From: Hemiscyllium ocellatum
Lineage: Eukaryota
Direction of reading: 5' to 3'
NCBI RefSeq assembly: GCF_020745735.1
Contig: NC_083406.1
Location: forward strand, 28,642,255-28,706,254
Length of the DNA stretch: 64,000 nt
Part shown: piece by piece, positions 12,656 to 24,270 of the stretch
How the letters are laid out: every line of letters starts with the position of its first letter
Position numbering within the stretch: position 1 is the first letter of the stretch
The notes under the pieces: model-generated
Database searches by the model: none
Told to the model about the DNA's origin: nothing
Seen by the model: the letters and a program-made list of their open reading frames with translations, nothing else
Position numbers and translations under genes: made by a program

Positions 12656-13878
12656 GTTGGTGAACAGTAAAATTCCAACACTAACCTATAACAATAGCAG
12701 CAGCTTATCTGACATACACGTTATGACTTTGATTTGTGGTCATGTGGATTTTTTGTGAGCCTATGAATTATTGTGTTCAATAAATATTAATTTATTTTAG
12801 CAAAGACAGTAAATGCTAGCACATATATTATTACTTGCAACAAGATTGTCTTATCGGTAAATATTCTGGTTGTTGTACTACACAAGGAGATAAGCTGTTC
12901 TATAACACCACCAGCACAGAACTGTATAGTGCAAAATACAATAGCCCATTGTTAAAATGTGGCTGGGCTTAGCATGAACTTTCACTTTAAATGCTATTAA
13001 GAAATGTATCAATCATAAAAAAATCAGCAACTTGAATTTATCAAGCACATTTAAGATAGCAAAAGATTCCAAATCAATTCCAAGGAACAATTAGCCCACA
13101 AAACTTGACATTAAGCCATATTAGAGAATATGAAGATGAGTCACCAACATCTTATTTGGACATGGTCTTAAATGTTGTCTTAAGAGATGAAAAAGAGCTC
13201 CAAAGGGGAAAGATTTAGGAAGGGAATTCCAGAGTTTAAAGTATTGCCTGCTGCAGGCCTTGGTAATGCAATTCATACTCAAGAGACCAGAATTGATGGA
13301 GCAAGTAAAAAGCTAACTGCTGTGGCTAAGGAACACTTTCGGATTGGCAGCCATCAATATTAATTGCTAGCTCCAATCCAGAAGAAAGCAGCATTGATTT
13401 AGGGTCTCCTCTTCTGAAAAAAATGTGCTGCGTTTTCATTGTAGCTTCCAACTTTTGGGTTTTCTTTGTATAAGCTTACATTCATAAATCAAGTGCTAAT
13501 GTGAAAGAGCGCACCACTTTAAAATGAGTTACCTGTCAGACTTTTGAACACAGTATAAAACTGAACTAATCCTATATTCCAGAGATGCTGGAAGATGTCC
13601 ATAATATGAACATATTTGAAAAGGAAAGAAAACCTGTAATCCAGCCAATTTAAAATTTACTGCACTCAGAATTTTCTCAAGTTTCGAGTGCAGTGGTATC
13701 ATGTCACAGTACAGTTGTGTGTTCCCTAGATTTCAGACCAGACGTCAACAGGAGCGGGGGAGGGGTGAAGATAGATGTGAACAGTGTAGGACAGGCTGAG
13801 AGGAGATTGGCTTTAGAAAGGTCTGGAAATAATTACTGCTATCGGGGAAAAGGGAATTGTCTGGAAACCTCGGCTTAC

Positions 13879-13977
13879 CCCTCGCTCAGATTCCAGAAGC
13901 TCTGGTTTGACTCTTGCCATCGGCATCCCATCAAGCATTAGCATTATGTTCTCAAAGGTGTCTTTGCTGTTCGAGCA
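13879..13977 (-). CDS. KLF12: Internal coding exon of Krueppel-like factor 12 (N-terminal region; probable equivalent of human exon 3)
   Basis: Minus strand: polypyrimidine tract TATTTTTCACTTTCTCTGCAG acceptor ending at 13978 and GGG|GTAAGC donor at 13878. The 99 nt are open in phase 0 and give CSNSKDTFENIMLMLDGMPMARVKPELLESERG, versus recalled human KLF12 NINTFENRMLMLDGMPAVRVKTELLESEQG. Too short for the ORF track. Confidence 0.92.
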
Positions 13978-14739
13978 CTGCAGAGAAAGTGAAAAATAGT
14001 TATGTGTGAGAGGGCCATTTTACTTGTACTTTTGTCTCTCGTATCACCACCCTCTCCATGCCAGCTGAAATTATTAAAACAAATGCCAGTTATTGCAAAC
14101 ATGCAGCTTGAACCATTAAGACTGTTCCAATACTGGATTTACAGCTTACAATGCCAGACTTTCAATAGGCTAAGTTGATGTTCTGTGGCAGGCCTCCTCG
14201 TGTCTGTGTGCCTCTTGTTCAGAGACCCAAGAGGACCTTGTCCTCATCCTGCTTTGTTTGAAATGCAAGCTCCCTTTCGGAATCCAGCCAGGGATACATG
14301 AAGAGCAAATGCCTCAGGCTACATTACTGACAGACAGTGAAGGATGAACGGATGGAACTGAGTCCCCTTGAGGGAGCATTGCTCAAAACGAAAGCAGCTG
14401 CTTCACATAAGGATGTCCATGCCACGCAGAAATGGAACAGTTACGAGCAAGAAAAAGATTTGAGAAATGGGTGATTAATGAACTGTCGGAAAAAAAGTCA
14501 TACGCCATTTGTAGTGTTTTTTGCCCTCACTGCCCTATCGTAACTGATTTCATAACAAGTATTTCACAGTTCACTATGATCATTATATTCATCACTCCAA
14601 TGATCCAGAGGAGAGGACGGCATTGAATAACAGCTTTTCATTGATTATATAATCCATCAAGTGATGCAAAGTCAAGTTTATGCATTCTTTTCCAACCCAA
14701 GGTCTCCTGTCGACTTCACCCATGTCATGATTTTAGTGA

Positions 14740-14873
14740 TTATTCCTGATGAAGGGCTTATGCTCGAAACGTCGAATTCTCTATTCCTGAGATGCTGCCT
14801 AACCTGCTGTGCTTTAACCAGCAACACATTTGCAGCTGTGATCTCCAGCATCTGCAGACCTCATTTTTTACTC
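14740..14873 (+). mobile_element. 134-bp hammerhead-bearing pLTR-only mini-element with perfect 14-bp TSD
   Basis: TSD catgattttagtga at 14726-14739 and 14874-14887; no coding sequence. Confidence 0.92.
14742..14777 (+). ncRNA. Minimal type I hammerhead ribozyme motif; predicted cleavage after C14773
   Basis: Stem I AUUC/GAAU, core CUGAUGA (14746-14752), extra A, stem II GGGC-UUAU-GCUC, GAAA, loopless palindromic stem III ACGU, UC cleavage site. Matches the minimal HHRs known in PLE pLTRs. Activity untested. Confidence 0.8.
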
Positions 14874-14925
14874 CATGATTTTAGTGAGCATTGTACTTAT
14901 TTTGGGCAGGTTTTCTTTGCTACTC

Positions 14926-15773
14926 CTTCGTCATATCAGCCACCTCCAAACAGACCCCACCACCAAGGATATATTTCCCTCCCCTCCCCTATCAGCGTTC
15001 TGGAAAGACCACTCCCTCCGCGACTCCCTCATCAGATCCACACCCCCCACCAACCCAACCTCCACTGCCGGCACCTTCCCCTGCAACCACAAGAAATGCA
15101 AAACTTGTGCCCACACCTCCCCCCTCACTTCCCTCCAAGGCCCCAAGGGATCCTTCCATATCCGTCAGAAATTCACCTGCACCTCTACACACATCATTTA
15201 CTGCATCTGCTGCGCCCGATGTGGCCTCCTATACATTGGGGAGACAGGGTGCCTACTTGCAGAACGTTTCAGAGAACACCTCTGGGACATCCGCGCCAAC
15301 CAACCCAACCGCCCCTTGGCTGAACACTTTAACTCCCCCTCCCACTCCACCAAGGACATGCAGGTCCTTGGCTTCCTCCATCGCCAGACCATGGCAACAC
15401 GACGCCTGGAGGAAGAGCGCCTCATCTTCCACCTAGGAACCCTCCAACCACAAGGAATGAATGCAGATTTCTCCAGCTTTCTCATTTCCCTTCCCCTCAC
15501 CTTTTCTCAGTCCCAACCCTCAGACTCAGCACCCCCTTCTTGACCTGCAATCTTCTTCATGACCTCTCCGGCCTATCACCCTCACCTTAACCTCCTTCCA
15601 CCTATCGTATTCCCAATGCCCCTCCCCCAAGTCCCTCCTCCCTACCTTTTATCTTAGCCTGCTTGGCACACCCTCCTCATTCCTGAAGAAGGGCTTATGC
15701 CCGAAATGTCGATTCTCCTGTTCCTTTGATGCTGCATGATCTGCTGCGCTTTTCCAGCAACACATTTTTAAGT
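14926..15773 (+). mobile_element. 5'-truncated Penelope-like element (Neptune-like, family A): Cys-rich linker, GIY-YIG endonuclease, 3'UTR and tail-less pLTR
   Basis: Open frame to 15543: CNHKKCKTCAH...IIYCICCARCGLLYIGETG..LAERFREH..HFNSPSH. HHR core CUGAAGA at 15683. TSD tttgctactc at 14916-14925 and 15774-15783. Confidence 0.93.
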
Positions 15774-15814
15774 TTTGCTACTCAATACCAGAGCACAGCA
15801 GAAACCAGAGTCAC

Positions 15815-16028
15815 TCCAACTCAAGTGGCTGATGGGTTGGTTTGCGAAGAAGTATGATGCCAACAATGTGGGTTCAATTCCTGCACCAACTAAGGTTACC
15901 CTGAAGGACTCTCCTTGCCAACCTCTCCCCTCGCCTGAGCAATAGTGGCTGTCAGATTAAATCATCACCAATTGTCTCTCTCTCTAATGAAAGAGCAGCC
16001 CTGTGCTCTGGTAAGACTCTGGCGACTT
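15815..16028 (+). mobile_element. tRNA-derived SINE
   Basis: B-box-like gggttcaattcc at ~15870; body resembles a recalled shark SINE (ggttacc.tgaaggactctccttg...agagcagccct.tg.tctggtaagact). Confidence 0.55.
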
Positions 16029-16104
16029 GATTATGATGGCAGCAGAAATCCAAGTACCTGCACTCCCTGAATACCCTTCTTACCCTTGAATAAACCACGA
16101 AGCC

Positions 16105-17110
16105 ATGCGATATAGAAGTTGGTCATTCTGCCCATCAAGTTTGCTCCACCATCCAATGAGACCATTGGCTGACCTGAAAATCTTCAACTTAATTTGTCTG
16201 CCTTTCCAATAACCCTCAATTCCTTTATTGTTTAGAAATTTATCTCAGCCTTTATCGTACTTATCGACCCAGCCACAACAGCTCTCTGTTGTAAATAATT
16301 TTACAGATTCACTACCCTCAGAAGAAATTCCTCGTCATCTCTGATTTAAACAAGTGGTCCTTTAGTTTGCAATTATGGTTTCTAGTCCTAAACATTGCTT
16401 CAAAGGAAACAACCTCTACCCTGTGAAGTCCCATAAGGATCATGTATGTTTCAATAAGGTCACCTGCTATTCTTTTGTCTTCCAATGAATATGCACTCAA
16501 CCTCTCCTCATGAGACAGTCCCTCCATATCCAGGATCAGCCAAGTGAATCATTTCTAGTCTACCTAAAATATCTTCATATCTTTCCTTGAATAAGGGAAC
16601 TAAAAGTGTTCACAATATTCCAGCTGTAGTTTGACTAATCTCTTGTATGGTTTTAGTAAAATCTCCCTACTTTTATAAGCCATTCCCTTTGATGTAAAGG
16701 TCAACATTCCATTTGCCTTCCTGAGTACCCAATCAACTTGGATGCTAACTCTCCATGGTTCATGCATGCAGACTCTCAAATCCTTCTGTTCCACTGTTTT
16801 CTGCAGTCTTTCTCCATTATCAGCTCATACATTACCACACACTTCCACATTTTATGTTCCATCTGCCTATATTTTTGCCCACTCACCTTAGCTGTCTATA
16901 TCGCTCTGCAGTCTCTTAATTTCACCACGTGCCTTCCCACCTACGTTTGTGACATTTGCAAAACTTGGAGGAATGCACTGTCACCAAGTCATTAATATAT
17001 TTTCTAAATAACTGTAAATAAATATTAGCAATGATCCTTGTGGCACTCCATTTGTTACAGTTTGCCATCACTGTCCTGATATCCCCCCTTCTATTGGTTA
17101 GCCAATCCTC
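16105..17110 (-). mobile_element. CR1-type LINE RT/3' fragment
   Basis: Minus-strand peptides RKANGMLTFTSKGMAYKSREILLKPYKRLVKLQLEYC and GLSHEERL...GDLIETYMILMGL. Confidence 0.85.
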
Positions 17111-17739
17111 CAATAGAAGGCAGAGCTGGGAAAGGGGTTGTGGTTTCAGGATGACAATGTGTAACTGAATTATATCTTCACTCAGACTTTAACAAAATGT
17201 TCTCTCCACTGACCTTCCAAATCAGTTTGCCACTTGTATTTTTCTATAAAAGGCTCACCATTTTCCAGTGTGGAGAACAGGATAAGAATTTCACTGACTG
17301 CTACAATATGCTATGTGTGCACATGAATATTTCCCCTGTATTCAATTTCCAGCAGTCTGCAATGGGGAAGAAACTCTGATAAAACTGGAATGTTTTCGTA
17401 ATTAACTTATCATACTGTGAATCAACTATGCCCAAGTATGGTCATCTAACATACTTTCACACCAAGGATAAATAAAAACTATACAGTCATATTTACCATC
17501 AAGTGCCTCACCAACCTTAAGGAACAATCTCTCCCATTTCATCAAAACCTGCTCTTCACCCTGCATATACCCCCTATAATACTGGCATGATCAGAAACTT
17601 GTCACATACGAAAATATAGACACCATGTTCCATTTTAGACCATGTTTATACTCAGCTTTGTTCTTCCCTCTGCATGATTGATGAACTCTCATGCCAACTC
17701 ATCTCAGTGATCCCCCATTAGTTTAACTCATTTACTCCT

Positions 17740-18080
17740 GGAATATAGCTGACAGTGGCAAGATTAGCATTTCTTGCCCATCCCAAAGTTGATGCGACTG
17801 CTTAGTTTTGCTCAGCCACCTCAGAGTGCAGTTAAAGTGTCAATCTCATTGATGCAGAACTGGAGTTACATATAGATTAGACCAGGAACAAACAGCAATG
17901 TCATTTCTCTGAGTTAGCCAGTTGTTTTTTGCAACAATCTGACAGCATCATGGTGACTTTTATTGATGCCAGTCTTTTGTTTCCAGACTTCTTGTGAATT
18001 TAAATATTCCATCTGCCATGGTGATAATTGATCCTGTACTGTCAGAATTATTGCTCCAGAACACTGTGTTACAAGGACAG
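17740..18080 (-). mobile_element. Degenerate shark SINE; related copy at ~52750-53090
   Basis: The two loci share motifs: cattg.tg...tggagtt, ttccaga.t...gaatt, gccatg.tg. Confidence 0.5.
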
Positions 18081-18789
18081 TGATATACTTTCTGTCTTGG
18101 AATGCAGGGAGGCAAAAAAGATCTCATGTGGCACACCCTCAAATTGTTCCTCTCCCTCTATAGGAGACAGGGAGTTCAGCTTTTAATCACAACAGCTGGA
18201 TTAGATTGAACTATGCATCCCATGAGTGAAAGGATAATGTACTAACTCAATAGACTGCTCAATCCCTGTTGAATAATTGCATTAAAAAGTCACACCCCAG
18301 TGGACTCATGTAGCTAATTTAGATTTACAGTTCTGAGGAAAACACACAGCCTTCTCTATACCTCCTCCAGCCACATCAGTGTTCTGAAATTTGTGCTCCT
18401 CCAATTTTGGCCTCTCGACACTCCAAATTTTAAAAAAAACTGAATGTCTTCAATTGTCTAGTCCCTCCCTGCTCTAGAATTCCCTCCTTAAATCCATCTA
18501 CCTCTCTTCCTTTTGTAGTTTGGCAGCAAGTTGTTGACAGTGCTTCTGTTAAGTGCCTTGTGATGTTAAAAGCATTACGTAAATACAAATTAGTTTTGTT
18601 GATGAATAGATACAAAAATCAAAACAAATATACCCTTGTAAAATAATTATGAACTCAATATCATCTACTCTAGTTAATAAATCAATTCTCACCTATTAAT
18701 ATTGCAAACACGACATTTCCACTTAACTCAATAATACCTAAAATTAAGTTAATTGTTCAATTTGTGAACCGCGCTGAATGAACATAAAT

Positions 18790-18967
18790 TAGGGGCTACG
18801 AGATTGATTTTGACTTTGCATGAGAGTGTAAAATGAGTGTTAGGGAACCAGCAGCACATTTACAATTTCCTCAAATTTTATTTCCATCCAAGTCAATGAA
18901 AATAAAAATTTAGTTCCTGATTTCTCACCAATTTTACACAGATGCCCAATGTCAAGAGCTACCCCTA
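18790..18967. mobile_element. Old palindromic MITE (possibly PIF/Harbinger-derived)
   Basis: Nested inverted repeats: tagggg/ccccta, ttgac/gtcaa, gtgtaaaat/attttacac, ttttattt.cat/atg.aaataaaa around a central caagtcaatg. Confidence 0.5.
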
Positions 18968-20786
18968 TACAGTTGAGAACTCAAGTCAGTGAAGGATGGG
19001 AGATAGATCCAATAGAAAAAAAAGTTAACTTGTATTGCCTCAACATTTACTTTGGGAACAATAATTCAAGCATGTATCTGCCACATCTTCCTATGGCATT
19101 TTAAGATTACTTCTCCAAAATTCCCAGCCAACAAGAAACTTCCCTTCAAATGACAATTGACAAATTTAATTTGCACTCTAATATTTTAAGAATGTATGCC
19201 AATTTACTTTTGATCAATGAATAACTTAGAGAACTCTGTGGCAACTGAAATTACAGGTTCTTGAATGATCACATATTTATAGCTCATAAACTTCAGTGAT
19301 GATGAACAATTAACCTAGTCATGCTAAATTTTAAGACACCAGCTGTCCCTCAGGAGCGTTAAATATGGGTCTAAGATAAGAGAAGATACTTTGACACTCA
19401 GTTAACCAACAACTTCTTAGGCCAACATCCTACTTCTGCAAGTTCCATCGCACAAAACTGTCAACATTTCTATCTCACCTCAGCTCTAATAAAAGGTCCC
19501 TGACCTGAATTGTTAGAATTGGCAACCTATGTGGAGAGAGAAAAACAGTATTCCGGTATTTTCTGCTTTTATTTTAGGCTTTCAAAGGGGGAAGGGGGTT
19601 GCTTAATCTGTGCACAACTGTAGAATGGGATCACATCCATCATCCTTGGAAGCGGATCAATTATTCTAAAAGATTTGGAGCAATCACACTTTTAAAGAAA
19701 GCTGACACATTACAACACCTCTGTAGTGGTAATTGCTTCTCTAAAGCGCATATACTGAATGAGTGAACAGGAAAATATCATTAAGGCCCTCTGATCTTAC
19801 CTTTCGAATGATTCCTGAAACCAGATAATCATTCACATCTCCCAAGGGATTTTAAACCTTATGTCATGGAGAAACTGAACTAACTTCATGGAATTGCTCA
19901 GGACTGGGAGATGCCAAAGTCCCCAGCCGACCAGGTTGGAGTGCAGACTGCCTTCACATTACTGTCAGGATAGTGGTAGTGGCCGAATAAAAAATCCCTC
20001 ATCAGCGATTGATTAAGTCTGTGGGTTAATGTATTTAAACAGGAAAACAAGTTATGAAGCAGACACTACATTAAACAACTCATTTATCATTGTAAGCTTG
20101 CCTATCCACAAGCAGACTAACTGGCAGGCAGAGTCAACAGCATTGTAAAAACAAGCTGGCCAACTATTTTCACTATTATCCTGCACAATTGAGAACTAAC
20201 GACACTGGAATGGTAACAAGTTAAAAATCCTACAAGACCAGGTTAAAGTCCAACAGGTTTATTTGGAAGCACTAGATTTGGAAGCACTGCTTCTTCATCA
20301 GGTGGTTGTGGAGCAGCATCATAAGACACAGAATTTATAGTAACAGGATTGCAGTGTCATGGAATGTAATATTAAACAAGTTTAGCTTAAGTCATTCATC
20401 TTTCAGAATTATCATGTTAGTTTCGGTTCCTTCATATATAAAGCCCAAGACTCTTTTAAAGTTACATTCTCAAAATAGCTTTAATATTAGGTGCTAGCTC
20501 AGCTCAGATAATACATTGAAGTTGTGAAGTTAAAGTCTGTCTGTGTCCAGTATTAGGCCAAACTGATTCTATTTCTAAAGCGGGATTTACACAATCTTAC
20601 AGGAATTTATGAAGTTTAAGAGCAAAATAAAATGTAATTCTGCAACTACAAATTCACCCCACAAACGTGTGTGTGTGTGTGTGTGAGAGTGAGGGTATGT
20701 GTGTGAATGTGAGTGTAAAGGGGTATAAGTCTGTGAAAGGGTGCTTGAGAGTGTGGAAGTGGATGTGTGAGCATATGAGAGCTTGT

Positions 20787-20914
20787 CGAAAGTGAGGACT
20801 GCAGATACTGGAACCCAGAGTTTAGATCAGAGTGGTGCTGGAAAAGCACAGCAGGTCAGGCAGCATCCGAGGAGCAGGAAAATCGACGCTTCAGGCAAAA
20901 GCCCTTCATCAGGA
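20787..20914 (-). mobile_element. pLTR-only hammerhead mini-element (family A variant)
   Basis: gaaagtgaggactgcagat...aatcgacgcttcaggcaaaagcccttcatcagga; core GAAA changed to GAAG; no clear TSD. Confidence 0.8.
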
Positions 20915-20931
20915 GTAGAGATAGGGTCTGT

Positions 20932-21113
20932 NNNNNNNNNNNNNNNNNNNNNNNNNNNNNNNNNNNNNNNNNNNNNNNNNNNNNNNNNNNNNNNNNNNNN
21001 NNNNNNNNNNNNNNNNNNNNNNNNNNNNNNNNNNNNNNNNNNNNNNNNNNNNNNNNNNNNNNNNNNNNNNNNNNNNNNNNNNNNNNNNNNNNNNNNNNNN
21101 NNNNNNNNNNNNN
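20932..21113. other. Assembly gap (182 N)
   Basis: Run of N. Confidence 1.
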
Positions 21114-23819
21114 TGTGACATGAACCCAAGGTCCCAGATGACCATACTCATGGGTACCGCACTTGGCTATTAGCCTCTGCTCAGACACTTTGCATTGTTG
21201 CCTGTCCCGAAGGAAGATGGTCACCCAAAGGTCAGAGGTTGAATTCCCAGATTGCTGAAGTGTTCCCCAATTGGGAGGGAACACTCCAGTCTGTTGACTG
21301 TTGTGCGAGTTCCACTCATCCATTGCCATAGCCTCTGGTCAGTCTCGCCAATGTACCATGTCTCAGGGCATCCTTGCCTGCAGCGTATGAGATAGACAAA
21401 GTTGGCCGAGTCACATGAGTACCTGCCATGTACATGGTGGGTAGTGTTCCTACGTGTAATGGTGGTATCCATGTCCACACTGTGATGTCTTGCAGTGTCT
21501 GCCGTGACAGGGTTGTATAGTATTGTCGTGAAGGCCGGGCAGTGAACGATGATCGGTTTGAGGTTTGGTGGTCTTTAAAGGTTGTTTAATGGAAACAGGA
21601 ATCCTGAAATTGGATCCTGTCGGCCTTTTTGAAATCTATCATTCTGACATGGCCGTAATACTAAAACTTCAGACCACAATCACACTGATCACTGATGGCA
21701 ACGGAAATGTAAGGAGTGATTTTTATACCTTACAGTGGCAAACTTGAATGATTGGAAAGTCACATGGCACCTGAATTTCTGACAGGTGATGGTAGCCAGC
21801 ATGTTTACTAGATTAAAAAAACCTGAATATTAACAGAGAATAGAGGATAATGCAATCAATGACAGAGTGCCCCAGGTACCTTTGTAAATCTTGAGTAGCA
21901 TCTCTCTTCCTCCAGGTAGAGTGCTCTGGAAGGACATGAGTAGCCATGCATTTCTGTGTTAGCCAATGGTTCCGCTTAGCACATCAGTGCAGTGATTTAT
22001 TGTTGCCTTCTGCTTAGAAGTCTCTTCCTTTCATTCCTCCATTGTCATGTATTAGAAGAATTTAAGTGTTGATAACCAAAATGTTTGGCCGTGTTACAAT
22101 GTACCATCCTTAGCCATCAAATCTTAGGGACTTGAACCTGTAGCTTTGGGGTCAGAGATAGAGTTGCTACCCACTGGGGTGCAAGACCTCCTCTAAGTCA
22201 CATCTACCAAGAATGAAATCTGTACCCATGAAGCCATAAACGCAATAATTAAACTAAAATCTACTCATGTCCTTGAATGCTCAAGATATCAAAACTAAAA
22301 TTTTTAACAGCAATTGAGTCCAAGTGTCAGCATATTTCACAAACCAATGTTCAATGAGCAACTGCTCTCTGAACTATAGCGCATTATTCTGGTGCAGTTG
22401 ACACACTCCTCTGTGGTGGAGTCAGGAAAACGTACTCTGCAATTGTCTTGCGTTTTATCTGGATATTGGATATCTGAAATGCTTTCATTTCGCAGCATTG
22501 TTATCCCTTGCTTTAAGCATAGAAAAAAATTCTCACATCAAAACAAACATAAACTGAATAATCATTAAGAGCAGGGCAACTCATTTATAATACAACACAG
22601 TCATTCTGCACAGTGCTGAGACAAAACTATTCCAGGATTCAGCCAGCATAAACTTCCATCCTTGACTACTACTAAGGAGAGAGGATCAGATACATATTCA
22701 AAAAAAAACCGAAAATGTACAGGTTCTACCTCAAGCAATATTAACCAGGCATATTTTAAAATCTACTGTCTGTTTCACAGATCAGATTCATGCTTCTCTT
22801 CCTTCATATCGAGGCAGCTAGTTTCCCAGTATTTCAAACAGCTGCTTCACAATTCTACGTTTTGCAATTTCTTGCAAAGCTCAACAATCGCTTGCAACCC
22901 TGTGAAGTGAGTGATACCCCCTGTAAATCTAACAACTAAGTTAACTGAAGCCAATAAACGTATGTTTACAATATCAAGACTGTTTCTGGCAATTTAGGGA
23001 GGATTTTGATTACTAAACCGTAAACCTGTACAAATATCAAACTAGTGTTAAAGCGCCACACTCAATGGAACAACGAAACGACTAGTGTAACAAATGGAAA
23101 GTCAGTGAATAACGTGTCCAGTTGACGATGTTAATGTAAAACTGCACTTTCAAATTAAAAGTAATCTAATTGCTATGCTTTGCCTTCAAATAACTAAATA
23201 ATAGATGGATTTTCCTTTAAATTCTTATTAATTATAATCTTGTCCTGATCAGGTGAAATACACTCATATTTTCCAGTCAGCAGCAATTGATTGTCATTCT
23301 GTTCAATAGCTGTACACAGACTGTTCATGTGCATTTGGGTGACAATTTGCTTTTGTCACATGTCCAATGCTCTGCTGCACCCTGTAGGGGGGATCTGGGA
23401 ATTGTGAACAAAGCAACTAAGGACAACACTCTTCAACTAGATTGAAGGATCCTTACTGAGATCTATAGAATCTACATTCTGCAAGAGAAAGTCAAATATT
23501 TAAATCAAAGTAATAACACTGATAAAAGAAGCAAATAAGAGAAATAAATAAGGAATTAATTGGAGAGACAGAGATAAATGAGACAGAAAGAAAGGATGCT
23601 ACAAAACATTAGATTACCTCTAAATCTCCAACAATAATTAAAATGTATAGTAAAGATGAAATGTCACTACCAGAATAGTTGTGCCACAGCATCTAAGACT
23701 TAGAAGTTTTCTAACTAAACTGGTCAGAGACATAATTATACACCCTTTGAAGCAGATGAGACTTGAACCCAGACCTCTTGGATCAGGGATCACATACTGC
23801 CACTGTGCCACAATATTTA

Positions 23820-24270
23820 AGGAGTTGCAAATAGTGCTGAACATTGTGCAATCATCTATGGAAAGTCACTGATGGATGTATCTGAAAATGACTGGGCCTA
23901 GGATACAACCCTGAGAAACTCCTACAGTAATGTTCCAGGATTGAGATGGTTGGCCTCCAGCATCCACAACCATATTCCTTTGACTTGCAAGGTGTGATTT
24001 GAGCCAACTCTGGTTTTGTCCCCTAGTTCCTTTTGATTCCACCTTTGCTGGGGCTCCCCGATGCCACATTCAGTCAAGTGCTGCCTTGATCTAAAGGTCA
24101 GTTCATCTCACCTTGCTTTTGAAGGTCAGCACTTTCATTCATGTTTGGACCAAGGCTGTAGTAAGGTTAGCAGTAGACTAGACCTGAAACGGAGTGTCAA
24201 ACAGCAAGGTTATTGCTGAGCAAATTCCATTTGTTAACATGGTCAAGAAACCTTTTCATCAAGATTCTGG
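23820..24270 (-). mobile_element. Non-LTR retrotransposon RT fragment (L2/CR1 group)
   Basis: WHRGAPAKVES.G.RGQ..SWLKSHL.SQRNMVV..GGQ.S..WNITVGVSQGCILGPVIF (RT PQG region). Similar decayed LINE sequence at ~60540-61720. Confidence 0.75.

Larger units (their letters stand above)
20206..21565 (-). mobile_element. Penelope-like element family B (GIY-YIG, CA-rich 3'UTR, pLTR with degenerate HHR), interrupted by a family-A mini-element and an assembly gap
   Basis: Minus-strand YSCDSANFVYLIRCRQGCPETWYIGETDQRL; HHR remnant cacCTGATGAagaagcagtgcttcCAAAtctagtg at ~20268-20304 (minus). Confidence 0.85.

Noticed and set aside
14661-15500. Multiple overlapping long ORFs (220, 181, 100 aa) over the PLE
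   Set aside because: Shadow frames of the C-rich GIY-YIG coding strand. Only the frame ending at 15543 has protein motifs, and its first ~17 residues come from flanking DNA.
14740-15773. Single intact pLTR-ORF-pLTR element
   Set aside because: Two different TSD pairs and different subfamily-diagnostic bases show two independent insertions.
18130-18266. Possible LF-SINE-like remnant (minus)
   Set aside because: Only two short motifs resemble a recalled consensus; too degenerate to support without a search.
19795-19860. Strong minus-strand donor AAG|GTAAGA as the upstream KLF12 coding exon
   Set aside because: The phase-0 frame has an upstream stop and no ATG, there is no good acceptor, and it does not resemble the KLF12 N-terminus. 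A non-coding exon cannot be excluded without RNA-seq.
20783-21329. ORFs spanning X runs
   Set aside because: Artefacts of the 182-N gap.
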